This document shows, piece by piece, positions 8,587 through 18,772 of a stretch of DNA of 29,356 nucleotides. The position numbers were made by a program, and so were the translations under genes. The notes beneath the pieces are model-generated. The model searched no databases, was not told where the DNA came from, and was given only the letters and a program-made list of their open reading frames with translations. Positions within the stretch are counted from its first letter, which is position 1. Each line of letters starts with the position of its first letter. Source of the DNA: a virus (lineage: Duplodnaviria; Caudoviricetes); the IMG/VR virus record IMGVR_UViG_3300016265_000464, positions 1 through 29,356 of that record, one strand, 5' to 3'.

Positions 8587-9540
8587 TTAGTTACCAGCAT
8601 TAGTTACACCATAACTTACGATATCTCCACCAAATGCGTACTTGCAGTCTGCTGTGAAACGCATAACTACACGTACATTCTGATCACCTAGAGTTTCGCT
8701 TGTATCAATAACTCGTACTTCGTTAAGATCAGAAAGCAATCCTGTCGCAAAATGAAGATTTGAAGTAGTAGTAGCTAAACCTTTATTATCAGCCATACCC
8801 GGACACATAAAGATTGGAATACCATCAAAAGAAAGTGAACCATTAGTGTACCAAGTTGTTCCCAAGTTGTTTACACCATTAGCACCAAGACCTGAAGCGC
8901 CAAAACCGCCCAACGCCCTAACATAAGCACGAACGATGTTAGAAGAAAGATACAATTTAAGGTCCGGCTGTCCGTACAAACGAGTAGGGATAGCATCTAC
9001 GATTTTACCAAGTTCTGCGATAACGTTAGAAGCTATAACACCACCACCAACAGCAGCGATCTCTTGTGCAGCCGGTTGATCTGCTTCGTTAGTAAGCTGT
9101 CGCATGATACCAGCAAATTCACCAGCTGAAGCGTTGTTACCTTCCCAAATAGTTCCTTCTATGTGTGCAGATACTTTCTCAGCTACGTGAGCGATAAGGA
9201 AATCAGAGAAAGATTTAGGAAGAACGTCAAATGCTCCATAACCCATCTCCGCTGCTTGCCATGTAGAATGGAAAGTCTTTTTACACAAAGTAAGGTTAAC
9301 TTGGAATTCTTCAGGATTCAATACTTTCTCAGTAAGAGTAACAGTTGAAGAATCAGAGTAGTCACAAGTAGCATCCTTAACGATAGAATCAGTAGCTACT
9401 TTTTGAATTACTTGTTTAAACTTTACATTCGGATGGATAGTAAGACCACCTTGCTCTAAAGTTGGTGCAGACAATAACGCTGCTGCAATGTACTTACCTG
9501 CGAATTCACCAGCGTAAGTAGTTGTAATTGATAAACTCAT
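8587..9540 (-). CDS. major capsid protein (HK97 fold)
   Basis: 317 aa after protease and scaffold; followed by a strong terminator; IWEG...FAGI motif. Confidence 0.85.
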   Translation of the reverse strand: MSLSITTTYAGEFAGKYIAAALLSAPTLEQGGLTIHPNVKFKQVIQKVATDSIVKDATCDYSDSSTVTLTEKVLNPEEFQVNLTLCKKTFHSTWQAAEMGYGAFDVLPKSFSDFLIAHVAEKVSAHIEGTIWEGNNASAGEFAGIMRQLTNEADQPAAQEIAAVGGGVIASNVIAELGKIVDAIPTRLYGQPDLKLYLSSNIVRAYVRALGGFGASGLGANGVNNLGTTWYTNGSLSFDGIPIFMCPGMADNKGLATTTSNLHFATGLLSDLNEVRVIDTSETLGDQNVRVVMRFTADCKYAFGGDIVSYGVTNAGN

Positions 9541-9562
9541 TTTTTTATTGTTTTAAAATTGA

Positions 9563-10171
9563 TTACTTATTTAATTTTTCTAGGATAATATCCATAGTTG
9601 TTCTAGGTCTTTTAGAAGCCAACTTAAAGAAGTCAGTAGGATTCTCTTTTTCAGGATTAAAAGTGATAGGTTTCACTTCTTCAAGTTCCGTCTTTTCAAC
9701 TGTTGTTTCTTCAGTAGTAGTTGCTGTAACAGGATCAACTTTTGAAAATGTTTCAAGCTTAGCTTTTAGCTCCTCATTTTCTTTTTTCAGAGCTTCCATT
9801 TCAGAGAAAAACGTTTCCTTAATGATGGATTCTACTGTTTTCTTTGCTGTAGGAGCTGTAACTTCTGCTTCTGCTTCAACCGGCACTTCCGCTTCAGGTT
9901 GTTCCATTGGCGCTTCTTCTTCTGCTTCTGGAGCTTCTTTTATTTCAGCGATAACACCTTCTACTTTAACAACAAGAATACGACCATCTTCTAATTCATA
10001 TTCACCTACTGGTAAAGGTATTTTTTGTTCATCTTCTGTTACGATTACCACCGCCATTTCAGGATCAAAAGAATCTGCTTCGATTACAGTCATTCCGTCA
10101 GCAAGTTTCATTTGCTCTAATTTTACTTCCATTCCAAGAAGCGATTTAATTTGATTAAGTGTAGATTTCAT
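9563..10171 (-). CDS. capsid scaffolding protein
   Basis: Highly acidic and coiled-coil, LPVGEYELEDG motif, located between protease and capsid genes. Confidence 0.7.
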   Translation of the reverse strand: MKSTLNQIKSLLGMEVKLEQMKLADGMTVIEADSFDPEMAVVIVTEDEQKIPLPVGEYELEDGRILVVKVEGVIAEIKEAPEAEEEAPMEQPEAEVPVEAEAEVTAPTAKKTVESIIKETFFSEMEALKKENEELKAKLETFSKVDPVTATTTEETTVEKTELEEVKPITFNPEKENPTDFFKLASKRPRTTMDIILEKLNK

Positions 10172-10188
10172 CTGTAAACTTTTCTATT

Positions 10189-10212
10189 TAACTCTTTCGT
10201 TTTTTTGTTGTT
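10189..10212 (-). promoter_or_regulatory. putative late promoter AAC-N16-AGTTA (scaffold-capsid)
   Basis: Exact motif and spacing in the intergenic gap, 17 nt before the ATG at 10171. Confidence 0.65.
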
Positions 10213-10223
10213 GTATTTTTCAA

Positions 10224-10418
10224 TTAAGAATTGATTGTGCGAGGAGTATTCGTGTTCTGTACGTTCTGCGTTCCAGCTGAGTTAGAACTTCCGATGCCTT
10301 GATTCTGTAATGTTCCATCGCAACATTCAGCTTTATATGTTCCGTCATCACATAAACATCCTCTTTTTCCTCCTTTAGGAGATGTCTTGCTTAGTGTTTT
10401 TTCTTTCTTATTTGCCAT
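10224..10418 (-). CDS. small Cys-rich hypothetical protein
   Basis: SPKGGKRGCLC...CCDG..QGIG; possible metal binding. Confidence 0.65.
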   Translation of the reverse strand: MANKKEKTLSKTSPKGGKRGCLCDDGTYKAECCDGTLQNQGIGSSNSAGTQNVQNTNTPRTINS

Positions 10419-10419
10419 C

Positions 10420-11322
10420 TTATTTTGTGTTTCTGATTTCTTCTAATTTTCTTTGAGCCCATTCTACTCCTTCATCTCCACCCCATGCTAACCACATCAA
10501 ACGCCCGCATCCGTCTCCTAATTCCTTGTCTGAGTTTTGGCGGTGTCTTTCAAAGGCTGCCATGCGTGCTATAGTCTCTTCTGAAATAGGTTCGTTATTT
10601 GCTAACTGATTCGCTCTAATTTTTCCTACAGAAGTTCCACATGATCCCCATCCATTTTCTTCTGCATATCTTAAAGCTATTTTAGCATTTTCTACAGCTG
10701 CTTTTGGATAATCAGTATACGAACGAAGTTCCATTCTTTCAGCATCTACAATGATCTTTCTAATTTTTTCGAGTAGAATTTCATCCTCATTCTTCTTTTT
10801 TAGACTCATTTCGTACTTATCAGCAAAATATCCTTCTATTGAAAACCCTTTAACCTTACCTTCTTTGACATCGTTCCATACCTCATCATTATTCACCTTC
10901 ATAGAAATCATCCATGTTCCTACTGGTAAAGAGAATCCGTATTTATGTGACTTATCTTGATTTTCATCTTCAATGATCCAGCTCTCTACTACGCTAAGAC
11001 CTTTTAAAGGCTCTTTATGTTCATAGGTAGCATTATTCTGATTTGAACGCATTAAAAATAGTTCTGAAGCCTTACGTACCGTTTTTTCAGAGAAATAGAT
11101 ATAATACTCTTCTTGCTTTTGGTTTACCCGGTAAATCTGTTTATTAGGAATCAAAGCAGCACCCATTAAAATACGTTTCTCCTCATCTACTTTCTTGAGT
11201 TCTACTTCGTATTTATGTAGTGCGATAAAGTTTTCCTCTATTGCTGGAGAATGAACTACACTAACGGCATCTATACCGCTCATTTCATCCTCTTCATTTA
11301 TGATTAGTTCTACTATTCTCAT
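10420..11322 (-). CDS. prohead serine protease (XkdF-like) with an extra C-terminal domain
   Basis: PAIEENF, TYEH, VESW, GTW and KGFSIEG motifs; ~100 aa appended domain starting SYTDYP. Confidence 0.82.
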   Translation of the reverse strand: MRIVELIINEEDEMSGIDAVSVVHSPAIEENFIALHKYEVELKKVDEEKRILMGAALIPNKQIYRVNQKQEEYYIYFSEKTVRKASELFLMRSNQNNATYEHKEPLKGLSVVESWIIEDENQDKSHKYGFSLPVGTWMISMKVNNDEVWNDVKEGKVKGFSIEGYFADKYEMSLKKKNEDEILLEKIRKIIVDAERMELRSYTDYPKAAVENAKIALRYAEENGWGSCGTSVGKIRANQLANNEPISEETIARMAAFERHRQNSDKELGDGCGRLMWLAWGGDEGVEWAQRKLEEIRNTK

Positions 11323-11329
11323 GACAAAC

Positions 11330-11353
11330 TAACTTTAATTTTATCCGAATGTT
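11330..11353 (-). promoter_or_regulatory. putative late promoter AAC-N16-AGTTA (protease)
   Basis: Exact motif and spacing, 7 nt before the ATG at 11322. Confidence 0.7.
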
Positions 11354-13461
11354 GCATAATTAACTCTGTTACGATCTAAACTCTGTGCTGTTGTTACATC
11401 TCCACTTACGACATAGGCTTGTATAGGTTGTGATCCTAATCCGGTTAAAGGATTTGTAGCTTGTGCATTTCCTACTATATTAAAGTTAGGAGTTATAGCA
11501 GCTCCAGTTCCTGCATTTAATCCACTTGGTGCAGTTGTTGATCCTCCTCCAGATGGTGTAGAAGTTGATTGAAACTTTTGAGAAGCAATCTTAGCTACGT
11601 TAACAAGACCAGCTGCTACTGCAAGACCAGCTGCGATAAATGGTTGTGCTGGGAATAATACGGTAGCTGGATTGGCTGCTGCTGCTGCAAAAATAGCATT
11701 TGCACTTTTATATGTATCAATAGTAGCTTGTGCTATACTTACAGCTTTCTGAATTTGAAATGCTTTTCTAGCTTCTTTTTCTCCTTTTTTACCAAATATT
11801 TCTGTAATGCCTGATATTAAATCAAGTGTTTGTTTAGTAGATTCAAAAATAAAATCATTCGTTTGTTGCTTATATGCTTTTTCGTCTTTTGATATTTCTT
11901 TACGTTGCTGTGCATACTTAGCTTCTATTGCTGTTATTTCTCCTTCAGTAAGTTCTTTGTTTTCTAATTCTTTTTGTCTTTGCAATTCAAGTAAATCATA
12001 ACGGGCTTTAAAATTATTTTCATCTTGAATTATTTGAGCCTCTAAGAATCCTTTTTTAGAATTATATTTTTGTTCGTTTAATTTTGCTTCTTTTTCTAAT
12101 TCTATATCTGCATATTTCGTATTTATAACAGCAATTTCAGAATTCAACTGTTCTGTTAATTGTTTTTCAAGTTCTGCATTTCCATTTACTGTTTCAAATT
12201 TTGTATCATAAGAATTAATAAGTTCTTGAATTTCTTTTTCTCTTGAATCTTTTATTAATGATAATTCAAGGTTATAAACTTCTTCTTGTTTCTTTAATCG
12301 TTCTTCATTAGATTTTTGCTCTAAATCATAAAGTGCTTTTTGTTTTTCAAGTTGTTCTTGTTTTATTCTTTCATTTTCTTCTTTACGTTTTTGTGCAGCA
12401 GCTTTTCTATCTTCAGCTTCTTGTTTTTGAACTTCAATAGCATTTTGTCTTACCTTTTCAGCGTTCTCTTTTACTTTTTGTGCATTTTCAGCTACATTAA
12501 TTTTATTATCTAAAGCTAACTGTCTATAATAATCTTTTGATTGCTTACTTAGTTCGTTATAACGCTCTCTGGAAGTTTTTAATTGTTCTCTAATAGCAGC
12601 AGCTTCTTCTTCATTACCTTGATCCATTAACTGCTTATAAAGCCGTCTTAAATTCTGATAACTATATTTTTCTTTATTATGGGCTTTTTGTTTTTCTTCA
12701 GCTAACTTTTTAGTATTCTTTTGCTCTTGTTCAAATAGTTGCTGTTCAGTTGCACCTTGCGCTTTCATTAAAGAAATGCGCTCAGATTGTCTCTTTTCAA
12801 GTGAACTGAAATTCTCATCTATTGCTCGTCTTTGATTTTCTAACGATTTAGTATATGCGTCAGCTGCTTCTTTAGCATTTCCTGTTTCTCTCGTGAAGAA
12901 TGCAATAGCACCTACTAAAGCAGTAATTCCAGCTATAACAAGTCCTATCGGATTAGCTTTTAATACAGCATTAAATGCTTTCATAGCCACAGCTCCAATA
13001 TTAGTAGCTACAGCCAAAACCTTCTGTCCTATTGCTGTTTGACCTATAACAGCTTTTAATTGAATAAATGAATCTTTGGCTTCCATCAATCCTTGAACTC
13101 CTTGAGAAAGAGCCATAGCAGATTGAACTTTTAATAATGTTTCTTGAATAGCACTAGATTCTACTCCAATTAAACCTAATGCTCCTTCAAAGGCTTGAAA
13201 TCCATTTAATACACCACCAATAGAAGCAGATAGAGCATTAAACTTAGCATCCGGATTGAACGCATCTGTTAAGGCTTTCGCATCTCCAATAGCATCTTTT
13301 AACTCAGCGGCTTTCTTTGCTGCATTAATGGCTTCTTGAGATGTTGCACCAAACTTTTCAGATAGTGCTGCTACCTCTGCTTGTGCTTTTCTTAATTCAG
13401 ACTTTAAACTGCCTACGGAGTCTGTCTTTATTTCGAGTTCTATTACTTTCTTTTCAGCCAT
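11341..13461 (-). CDS. tail tape measure protein
   Basis: 706 aa Ala/Gly-rich amphipathic helices, ANPIGLVI motif, long coiled coil. Confidence 0.85.
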   Translation of the reverse strand: MAEKKVIELEIKTDSVGSLKSELRKAQAEVAALSEKFGATSQEAINAAKKAAELKDAIGDAKALTDAFNPDAKFNALSASIGGVLNGFQAFEGALGLIGVESSAIQETLLKVQSAMALSQGVQGLMEAKDSFIQLKAVIGQTAIGQKVLAVATNIGAVAMKAFNAVLKANPIGLVIAGITALVGAIAFFTRETGNAKEAADAYTKSLENQRRAIDENFSSLEKRQSERISLMKAQGATEQQLFEQEQKNTKKLAEEKQKAHNKEKYSYQNLRRLYKQLMDQGNEEEAAAIREQLKTSRERYNELSKQSKDYYRQLALDNKINVAENAQKVKENAEKVRQNAIEVQKQEAEDRKAAAQKRKEENERIKQEQLEKQKALYDLEQKSNEERLKKQEEVYNLELSLIKDSREKEIQELINSYDTKFETVNGNAELEKQLTEQLNSEIAVINTKYADIELEKEAKLNEQKYNSKKGFLEAQIIQDENNFKARYDLLELQRQKELENKELTEGEITAIEAKYAQQRKEISKDEKAYKQQTNDFIFESTKQTLDLISGITEIFGKKGEKEARKAFQIQKAVSIAQATIDTYKSANAIFAAAAANPATVLFPAQPFIAAGLAVAAGLVNVAKIASQKFQSTSTPSGGGSTTAPSGLNAGTGAAITPNFNIVGNAQATNPLTGLGSQPIQAYVVSGDVTTAQSLDRNRVNYATFG

Positions 13462-13616
13462 TACTTATATTCTTTTTCTTTTAACTTACGTTTGCCTTGT
13501 TTGTATGCTGCCTTAATGCTTTTAGGTATTTCGTTTCTGCCTTTAGCTATGTCTATGTAGTCCGACTTTCCGTAGAAGTCATCCATCTTTAGTATGTCTA
13601 AAATGTGTTTAATCAT
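13461..13616 (-). CDS. small hypothetical protein (51 aa, MIKHILDILK...), not in the ORF track
   Basis: ATGA overlap upstream and TAATG overlap with the tape measure start. Confidence 0.7.
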   Translation of the reverse strand: MIKHILDILKMDDFYGKSDYIDIAKGRNEIPKSIKAAYKQGKRKLKEKEYK

Positions 13617-15967
13617 ATGTCTGAAATTTGGAAATTAATAGTATCTAATTCTGTACTTCCATCTTCATAAGTATACGTTATCTCAACAGGCAATATTTCA
13701 ATTACTCCATATTCTGATCTCAATCTAAACATGTCTTCTGTATTCAGATAATCAGTTCCATTTTCATCTATAATTAAATCTGCTTCAACTGGATTTGTAG
13801 GAAGCGTAAACTCCACGTTCGTGTCTTCATATATTGTAGGCTGAGAAACTGTTATACCTGTCGTGCCTACGTCTATATCTGCTTGTATTGCTCCATTAGG
13901 AAGTATAATAGCTTGTTTTAATAAGCCACCTGTTTTAGCTGCTAAAAAAGGAGTTTTAGTTCTTACTGTTCTTCTGAAATCATGAAGCAACACTAAATCA
14001 ACTTCACCACTCGTAAGATTCGCTTTTATCTCATTTATAATATATCGCTTATCCCTAATTATAACTCTATCATTTAAACGTATAGTTGTCAGTAACGGAA
14101 TAGGGAAATAACATTTAACATAAACTAATCTATTCTTTTTTACATACAAGTTGTTTAAGTATGCAGAATAATAAGAATTAAACAAATGGTTGTTTATATT
14201 AATGTCTTTTAGTGTAGATATTTCAGGGCCGAAATTGATAGAATAATTAGTTCCGCTTATAGTTATATCTTGACCAAACGGCATATAGCTTGTAATATGA
14301 TTAGTGCTTGATCCGTCGTTAAAATAAAATGAAACACTCCTTTGAGAATCCATGTAAAGTAATACTGGCTTTGGAATGTATTTATTATAATTTCTATCTA
14401 AGTAATATCCTACTTGTAAATTAGTTCCTGTAAACTTATTATGTCTTAAATTCTCAAAAGGTGATTCGACTATATATTCAGTACCATCATAATTATATAC
14501 CTGTTCTAAATCCCCGTATTCATGAAAGAAATTATCTGCATAAAGACGGTTTAAGAATGATTCAGATTGCTGATACTTAAACGCTATCTTTTTAAATAGC
14601 TTAACACGTTCTATATCTATGCTATCAATATCAACATGTTTTGTAATATCTAATATCCGTCCTTTAGCATACCAATCTTCTAATGGCATTAATTCAAATG
14701 TAGTTTGAGATAGAGGAGATATAGTTAAATTAAATTCTTTTAATATGCCTTTAACAAAATCAGATACAGTAATATCAGGTATTAATCCGTTTATATCTAC
14801 ATTTCCAGTTAACGTTTGTGGAGCTGCACTATAAGCATAACTCTGCTCTAAATAGGATTCAGGAGAATAACCACCTCCTGTACCTGTATCTATTATACAA
14901 GAAAAATCATAATAGATATTAAAACTAAATGTAAATGTATTATTTGCCTTTAATTTAAAATAAAAAGTAGAATCTAAACCTGGGTTATTTGGCTCTGTCA
15001 ATACTTCTATTACTTGGTTTCCATTTCCAGTAATTGTGTTTATTAATGTGTTATTTCGATAAACTTCTAAATAATATGTTACTATACTTGAGGATACATT
15101 GTATATAGCAACTTGTATTTTATGTTGTCCTCCTATAGCTGAAAACGCAGGAGATGTACCTACTATATCTCTATACTCATAATGTAAAGTATCATTTACA
15201 TTGTCCCAAGTTCCAGGTTGATAAAATCCTCCAAAAATAAAGAAATCTAATTTTTCGCTTTCTGTTAAAAATGAAAATGATTCTTTATTCTTTAAATGTA
15301 GATATAGATTAGTAAATCTAGTATTAGTCAAAAATGATCCAACAAAATCAATTCCATAATAAGATTCTATCGCCTCAAGTATTCTCGAAACCCTTAGAGC
15401 TGGGAATAATTCAGTATGGTGAATATGGTGCGAGTTTTGCGAAATATCCTGAGAACCTCCGCCACCATAAATCCAAAGCCTATCTGAACTAATCAAAGGG
15501 TATCTAACATCATAACTAGAACTAGAGGTTATCCGTGTTTGTACCTCTGATCCGCTATATATGTGATTGTATGGAGTAAAATCTAAAACACTAAGTTTAT
15601 CTTCTCTAAAATAATCTTGAAGCGTTCTAACGTCACCATAGAAAGTAATAGTGTAGCTTTCTACTCGCCCCTTTTTTAGATTAGCTTTTTCTAACTGAAT
15701 CTTTCCTGTTCTGAAAGTGACTAAGTCTATTTCAATTTTTGCGTTTCGTCGTAGCTGATGGTCTAACGTAGAATCTACATCTGTCTCATAGAAGTGCTGG
15801 AAGATTTGGTTATTATGTTCGGAAGCAGGGACAGTAAAACTTTGTGAGAAGTCTGTAAATACTTTAGCTATATCCTGAACGTTCTGAACGCTTGAAGTAA
15901 CTTGTATCTGTTCGTCTTCGAATAGTTCTAACCTTTGACCTTCTATATATACTTGTACCTTTCGCAT
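13613..15967 (-). CDS. large tail tip/baseplate hub-like protein
   Basis: 784 aa beta-rich protein, N-terminal DI....FSQSFTVP motif, next to the tape measure gene. Confidence 0.65.
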   Translation of the reverse strand: MRKVQVYIEGQRLELFEDEQIQVTSSVQNVQDIAKVFTDFSQSFTVPASEHNNQIFQHFYETDVDSTLDHQLRRNAKIEIDLVTFRTGKIQLEKANLKKGRVESYTITFYGDVRTLQDYFREDKLSVLDFTPYNHIYSGSEVQTRITSSSSYDVRYPLISSDRLWIYGGGGSQDISQNSHHIHHTELFPALRVSRILEAIESYYGIDFVGSFLTNTRFTNLYLHLKNKESFSFLTESEKLDFFIFGGFYQPGTWDNVNDTLHYEYRDIVGTSPAFSAIGGQHKIQVAIYNVSSSIVTYYLEVYRNNTLINTITGNGNQVIEVLTEPNNPGLDSTFYFKLKANNTFTFSFNIYYDFSCIIDTGTGGGYSPESYLEQSYAYSAAPQTLTGNVDINGLIPDITVSDFVKGILKEFNLTISPLSQTTFELMPLEDWYAKGRILDITKHVDIDSIDIERVKLFKKIAFKYQQSESFLNRLYADNFFHEYGDLEQVYNYDGTEYIVESPFENLRHNKFTGTNLQVGYYLDRNYNKYIPKPVLLYMDSQRSVSFYFNDGSSTNHITSYMPFGQDITISGTNYSINFGPEISTLKDININNHLFNSYYSAYLNNLYVKKNRLVYVKCYFPIPLLTTIRLNDRVIIRDKRYIINEIKANLTSGEVDLVLLHDFRRTVRTKTPFLAAKTGGLLKQAIILPNGAIQADIDVGTTGITVSQPTIYEDTNVEFTLPTNPVEADLIIDENGTDYLNTEDMFRLRSEYGVIEILPVEITYTYEDGSTELDTINFQISDI

Positions 15968-17043
15968 TATACTACGTTATTGATTATATCAGTTGTATAT
16001 TGGAATTCTAAAGTGTAGTTGATCATCTTAGTGTTGATCTGCTTTTGTAACTCAACAGATTTCGTGTTTATCTTGACTGGTCTGTTATCTAACATGATTC
16101 GTTCACTTGTCATAAGTTCCCTTAAATTGTCAGAGAAGTCTTCTGCTACCCAATCAGTATTAACAGTTATCGTTTCTTGGTAGTTGGTATTGAACGTTTT
16201 ACGCTGACCTTCTAATATGTCATAATTAACAAGGTTGTTTTGTAACAAGTTGTATTCCGTGTTTTCAACGTTAAACGTGTCATTACTTGCAGCGTAAAAC
16301 CAATCCCTTTGCCATGCTCCGTATCTATTTATGAAGTCGCAACAAATAGGGGTATACTTACATTCCGTTTTTGGCTTGAATGTAGCTTCCCAAAGTACAT
16401 TATTAGATGCGTCTGTGATCTGCGTTACACATCCGTTATCGTAATAGTTAGGATGCACTCTATACGAACTGATAACACCACTTGAAGGTATTGTAACTGT
16501 ATTCGTGGTTCCTGTAACTAATTCCGTGTATTTAACCTTATATCCTCCCGTAGCATTCCACGTTATGCTTCCGGCTCTCTTTAAAACATCTGTAGACAAA
16601 ACCGCAGTTGAATCGTAAAGGAAATAGTACGTTTTTTCGGCTAATAGAATATCTCCCAAATCAGGATTATAACCTTCTGTGTATAGTCCGTATCCATCAA
16701 ATGCTTTGTAAGTAGTCGTAGAACCTACCTGAGTAAAAGAAGTGGTTAGTTTCTTGTATCTCTTTACAGACACGTTGCACCATTCAGTAGTAGTTAATGC
16801 TTGGTTACCTACGTTGTAGTTATTTTGAAACTCTACGTGTGATAAATACTCTTTGATATATGGCGAAATATTATAGGTGGTTCGTCTATTTGAAGTAGAA
16901 GGTATTAACTTACTCAGAGTATAAGTAGGAGAAGCTGGAGCGGATCCTGTGCCATTCCAAATAAATAACTCTACTTTAGTTTCTATCTGTGATGCTTCGT
17001 TTATTTCTACGATGAAGGGTGAACGTGCAAATATATTAGCCAT
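15967..17043 (-). CDS. minor tail protein (distal-tail-like)
   Basis: 358 aa, ARSP and FINRYGAW motifs, translationally coupled in the tail operon. Confidence 0.6.
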   Translation of the reverse strand: MANIFARSPFIVEINEASQIETKVELFIWNGTGSAPASPTYTLSKLIPSTSNRRTTYNISPYIKEYLSHVEFQNNYNVGNQALTTTEWCNVSVKRYKKLTTSFTQVGSTTTYKAFDGYGLYTEGYNPDLGDILLAEKTYYFLYDSTAVLSTDVLKRAGSITWNATGGYKVKYTELVTGTTNTVTIPSSGVISSYRVHPNYYDNGCVTQITDASNNVLWEATFKPKTECKYTPICCDFINRYGAWQRDWFYAASNDTFNVENTEYNLLQNNLVNYDILEGQRKTFNTNYQETITVNTDWVAEDFSDNLRELMTSERIMLDNRPVKINTKSVELQKQINTKMINYTLEFQYTTDIINNVV

Positions 17044-17046
17044 TTC

Positions 17047-17559
17047 TTATTTTTTAGGTTGTACGATAGTGTCCATAAATAACTTAGACGCTTCAATACC
17101 GAATTTATCTATTAACTCGTTAGGTAACTTTTTGTATGCTGCCTCAAATGGCTTAGTAAAGAACAAAGAGGGTTTTATTCCGTTCATATAAATACTTCTA
17201 GCCATGATATAAGCCAGTCCTTTACGTGAAGCAAATTTACCTCCTTCTTTTCTAGGCGCAAATCCTTTTCTTACGATCCACTTATCCAATTTGCTTGGTG
17301 GTGGCATCTTACTTTTGTAGCTAAAAGGAGTATCATATTTCTTTTTCTTTCCGCTAACTCCCTGATCTTGGTAAAAACCATACTCTTCCATGCTAAACTC
17401 CATGCTAATAGAGTTAGGCATAGCTTTAACGTCTCCTTTAATTGAGTTATATAGCTTTTTAGACGAGTTTTTACCCATGCGAGTAAGGTTAGACTTCGCT
17501 TGTCTTATTACGTGGTCTCTAAAGCGATCTAAAGCCTTTTGCATTTCGTCTTGTGCCAT
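17047..17559 (-). CDS. putative tail completion/neck protein (HK97 gp10-like)
   Basis: Basic 170 aa protein with L.NSI, YG.YQDQG and GIKPSLFF motifs. Confidence 0.6.
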   Translation of the reverse strand: MAQDEMQKALDRFRDHVIRQAKSNLTRMGKNSSKKLYNSIKGDVKAMPNSISMEFSMEEYGFYQDQGVSGKKKKYDTPFSYKSKMPPPSKLDKWIVRKGFAPRKEGGKFASRKGLAYIMARSIYMNGIKPSLFFTKPFEAAYKKLPNELIDKFGIEASKLFMDTIVQPKK

Positions 17560-18011
17560 TAACAGATGCTCATTTGATTTTCTACTACTAGGTCAAAAGT
17601 CATAGTCCACCCGGCTAACAAATTCTCAAACCTTTCAGTAAATGGTTCGCAACTTGGCGCACCACCTAATTCGTATTTATCTGCTAGTGTTCCGTGTTCA
17701 ATAGAAGCTGCTAATCTTTGTAGAACTGCTAACTGGGTGTTTAGTACGTCTTGCTCGTTGTCATTTCCTACAAATACATCTGTAGTTTCCGTTTTTGAAA
17801 CGTCTACAATATCCATAGCAATAACACTTATATTAAATGTCATCACGTTTGGGTCAATAGTTACGTTATTTACCATGATATGTGACAAAGGAAATATAGT
17901 CTGCTTATTCAGGTCTACTTCAAAGATGCTGCCTTCTGTAACTGTATTTACAAACGGGCTTGAAATCAATTCGTTTTTTAATACTTCCGTTACGCTATAA
18001 AATCCTACCAT
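17559..18011 (-). CDS. putative tail terminator protein
   Basis: Acidic 150 aa protein, FPLSHI and AGW motifs, adjacent to the completion protein. Confidence 0.55.
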   Translation of the reverse strand: MVGFYSVTEVLKNELISSPFVNTVTEGSIFEVDLNKQTIFPLSHIMVNNVTIDPNVMTFNISVIAMDIVDVSKTETTDVFVGNDNEQDVLNTQLAVLQRLAASIEHGTLADKYELGGAPSCEPFTERFENLLAGWTMTFDLVVENQMSIC

Positions 18012-18277
18012 TTCTGTTGCTGTTTTCTTATTTGTCTAATTTCTATCTCCGTTTTTTGCTTCTCAAAAGTCAAAAAGGTTAATGCTTTAACAAGGGGCTG
18101 TTTTGTGACTCTATCGAAGTCGAGAATATTTCCTTTAGCTGCTGCATAGATTGACTGATACCATCCCCACTGCTTTCCAAATTGAGCCTGTTCGCTATAT
18201 TCGTTTTGCTCATCTTGTTCGTCTCCATCTCCAAATAATCCCCTAAAGCTTCCAATAATTCGAGTCCTAAAGTCCAA
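18005..18277 (-). CDS. -1 frameshift extension of the tail assembly chaperone (gpGT-like C-terminal part)
   Basis: Its TTG start lies inside the T9 slippery run of the upstream gene, in the -1 frame. Confidence 0.7.
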   Translation of the reverse strand: MDFRTRIIGSFRGLFGDGDEQDEQNEYSEQAQFGKQWGWYQSIYAAAKGNILDFDRVTKQPLVKALTFLTFEKQKTEIEIRQIRKQQQKW

Positions 18278-18765
18278 AAAAAAACCGATGCTCCTAATGC
18301 TATGCTTACCGGAGTAAACTTCATAAGATCAGAAAATTCAGATGTCCCTGTGTATTCCATGATCTCATATTTATCACCATTTGTCTTTATGATGGGTCTA
18401 TAAAGAACTGCCATAGCTTTGTGCATATTCTCCCAGCTACCTAAATACTTTTCAGCATCTATATATTCTCCCCAGCTTATTTGTTCTAGATTAGGAATGA
18501 ATCCATATTCAATATCTCCGATTTTAAAACGCTGCTTGAATGGAGGATTTTTAGAGAATAACTTATTGAAGTGTTCGACCATATCGGTAAGGTCAGTAGC
18601 TTTAATCTTTACTACGTCTTTTAACTCTATACCACAGAAAAGCGAAACCATCTTTTCAGATATGAACTCCGGATCATTTGAACCATCTGCTGTTCTTCTG
18701 AATTCCTGATAGTGCTTTAAAGGAATCTCATCTAAGCTTGTTGGTATTAACAGTTCTAACTTCAT
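18079..18765 (-). CDS. putative tail assembly chaperone (gpG-like)
   Basis: Contains GTT TTT TTT TGG slippery site; first gene of the tail operon. Confidence 0.65.
   Translation of the reverse strand: MKLELLIPTSLDEIPLKHYQEFRRTADGSNDPEFISEKMVSLFCGIELKDVVKIKATDLTDMVEHFNKLFSKNPPFKQRFKIGDIEYGFIPNLEQISWGEYIDAEKYLGSWENMHKAMAVLYRPIIKTNGDKYEIMEYTGTSEFSDLMKFTPVSIALGASVFFWTLGLELLEALGDYLEMETNKMSKTNIANRLNLESSGDGISQSMQQLKEIFSTSIESQNSPLLKH
18276..18284 (-). other. programmed -1 frameshift slippery site (T9)
   Basis: T-TTT-TTT heptamer in the correct phase at the start of an overlapping -1 ORF. Confidence 0.72.
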
Positions 18766-18772
18766 AGTATTT

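Noticed and set aside
9528-10154. Plus-strand ORFs antisense to real genes (e.g. 327-638, 5296-5754, 9528-10154, 17737-18000, 19870-20163)
   Set aside because: These are Ser/Phe-rich shadow frames of coherent minus-strand genes with no motifs.
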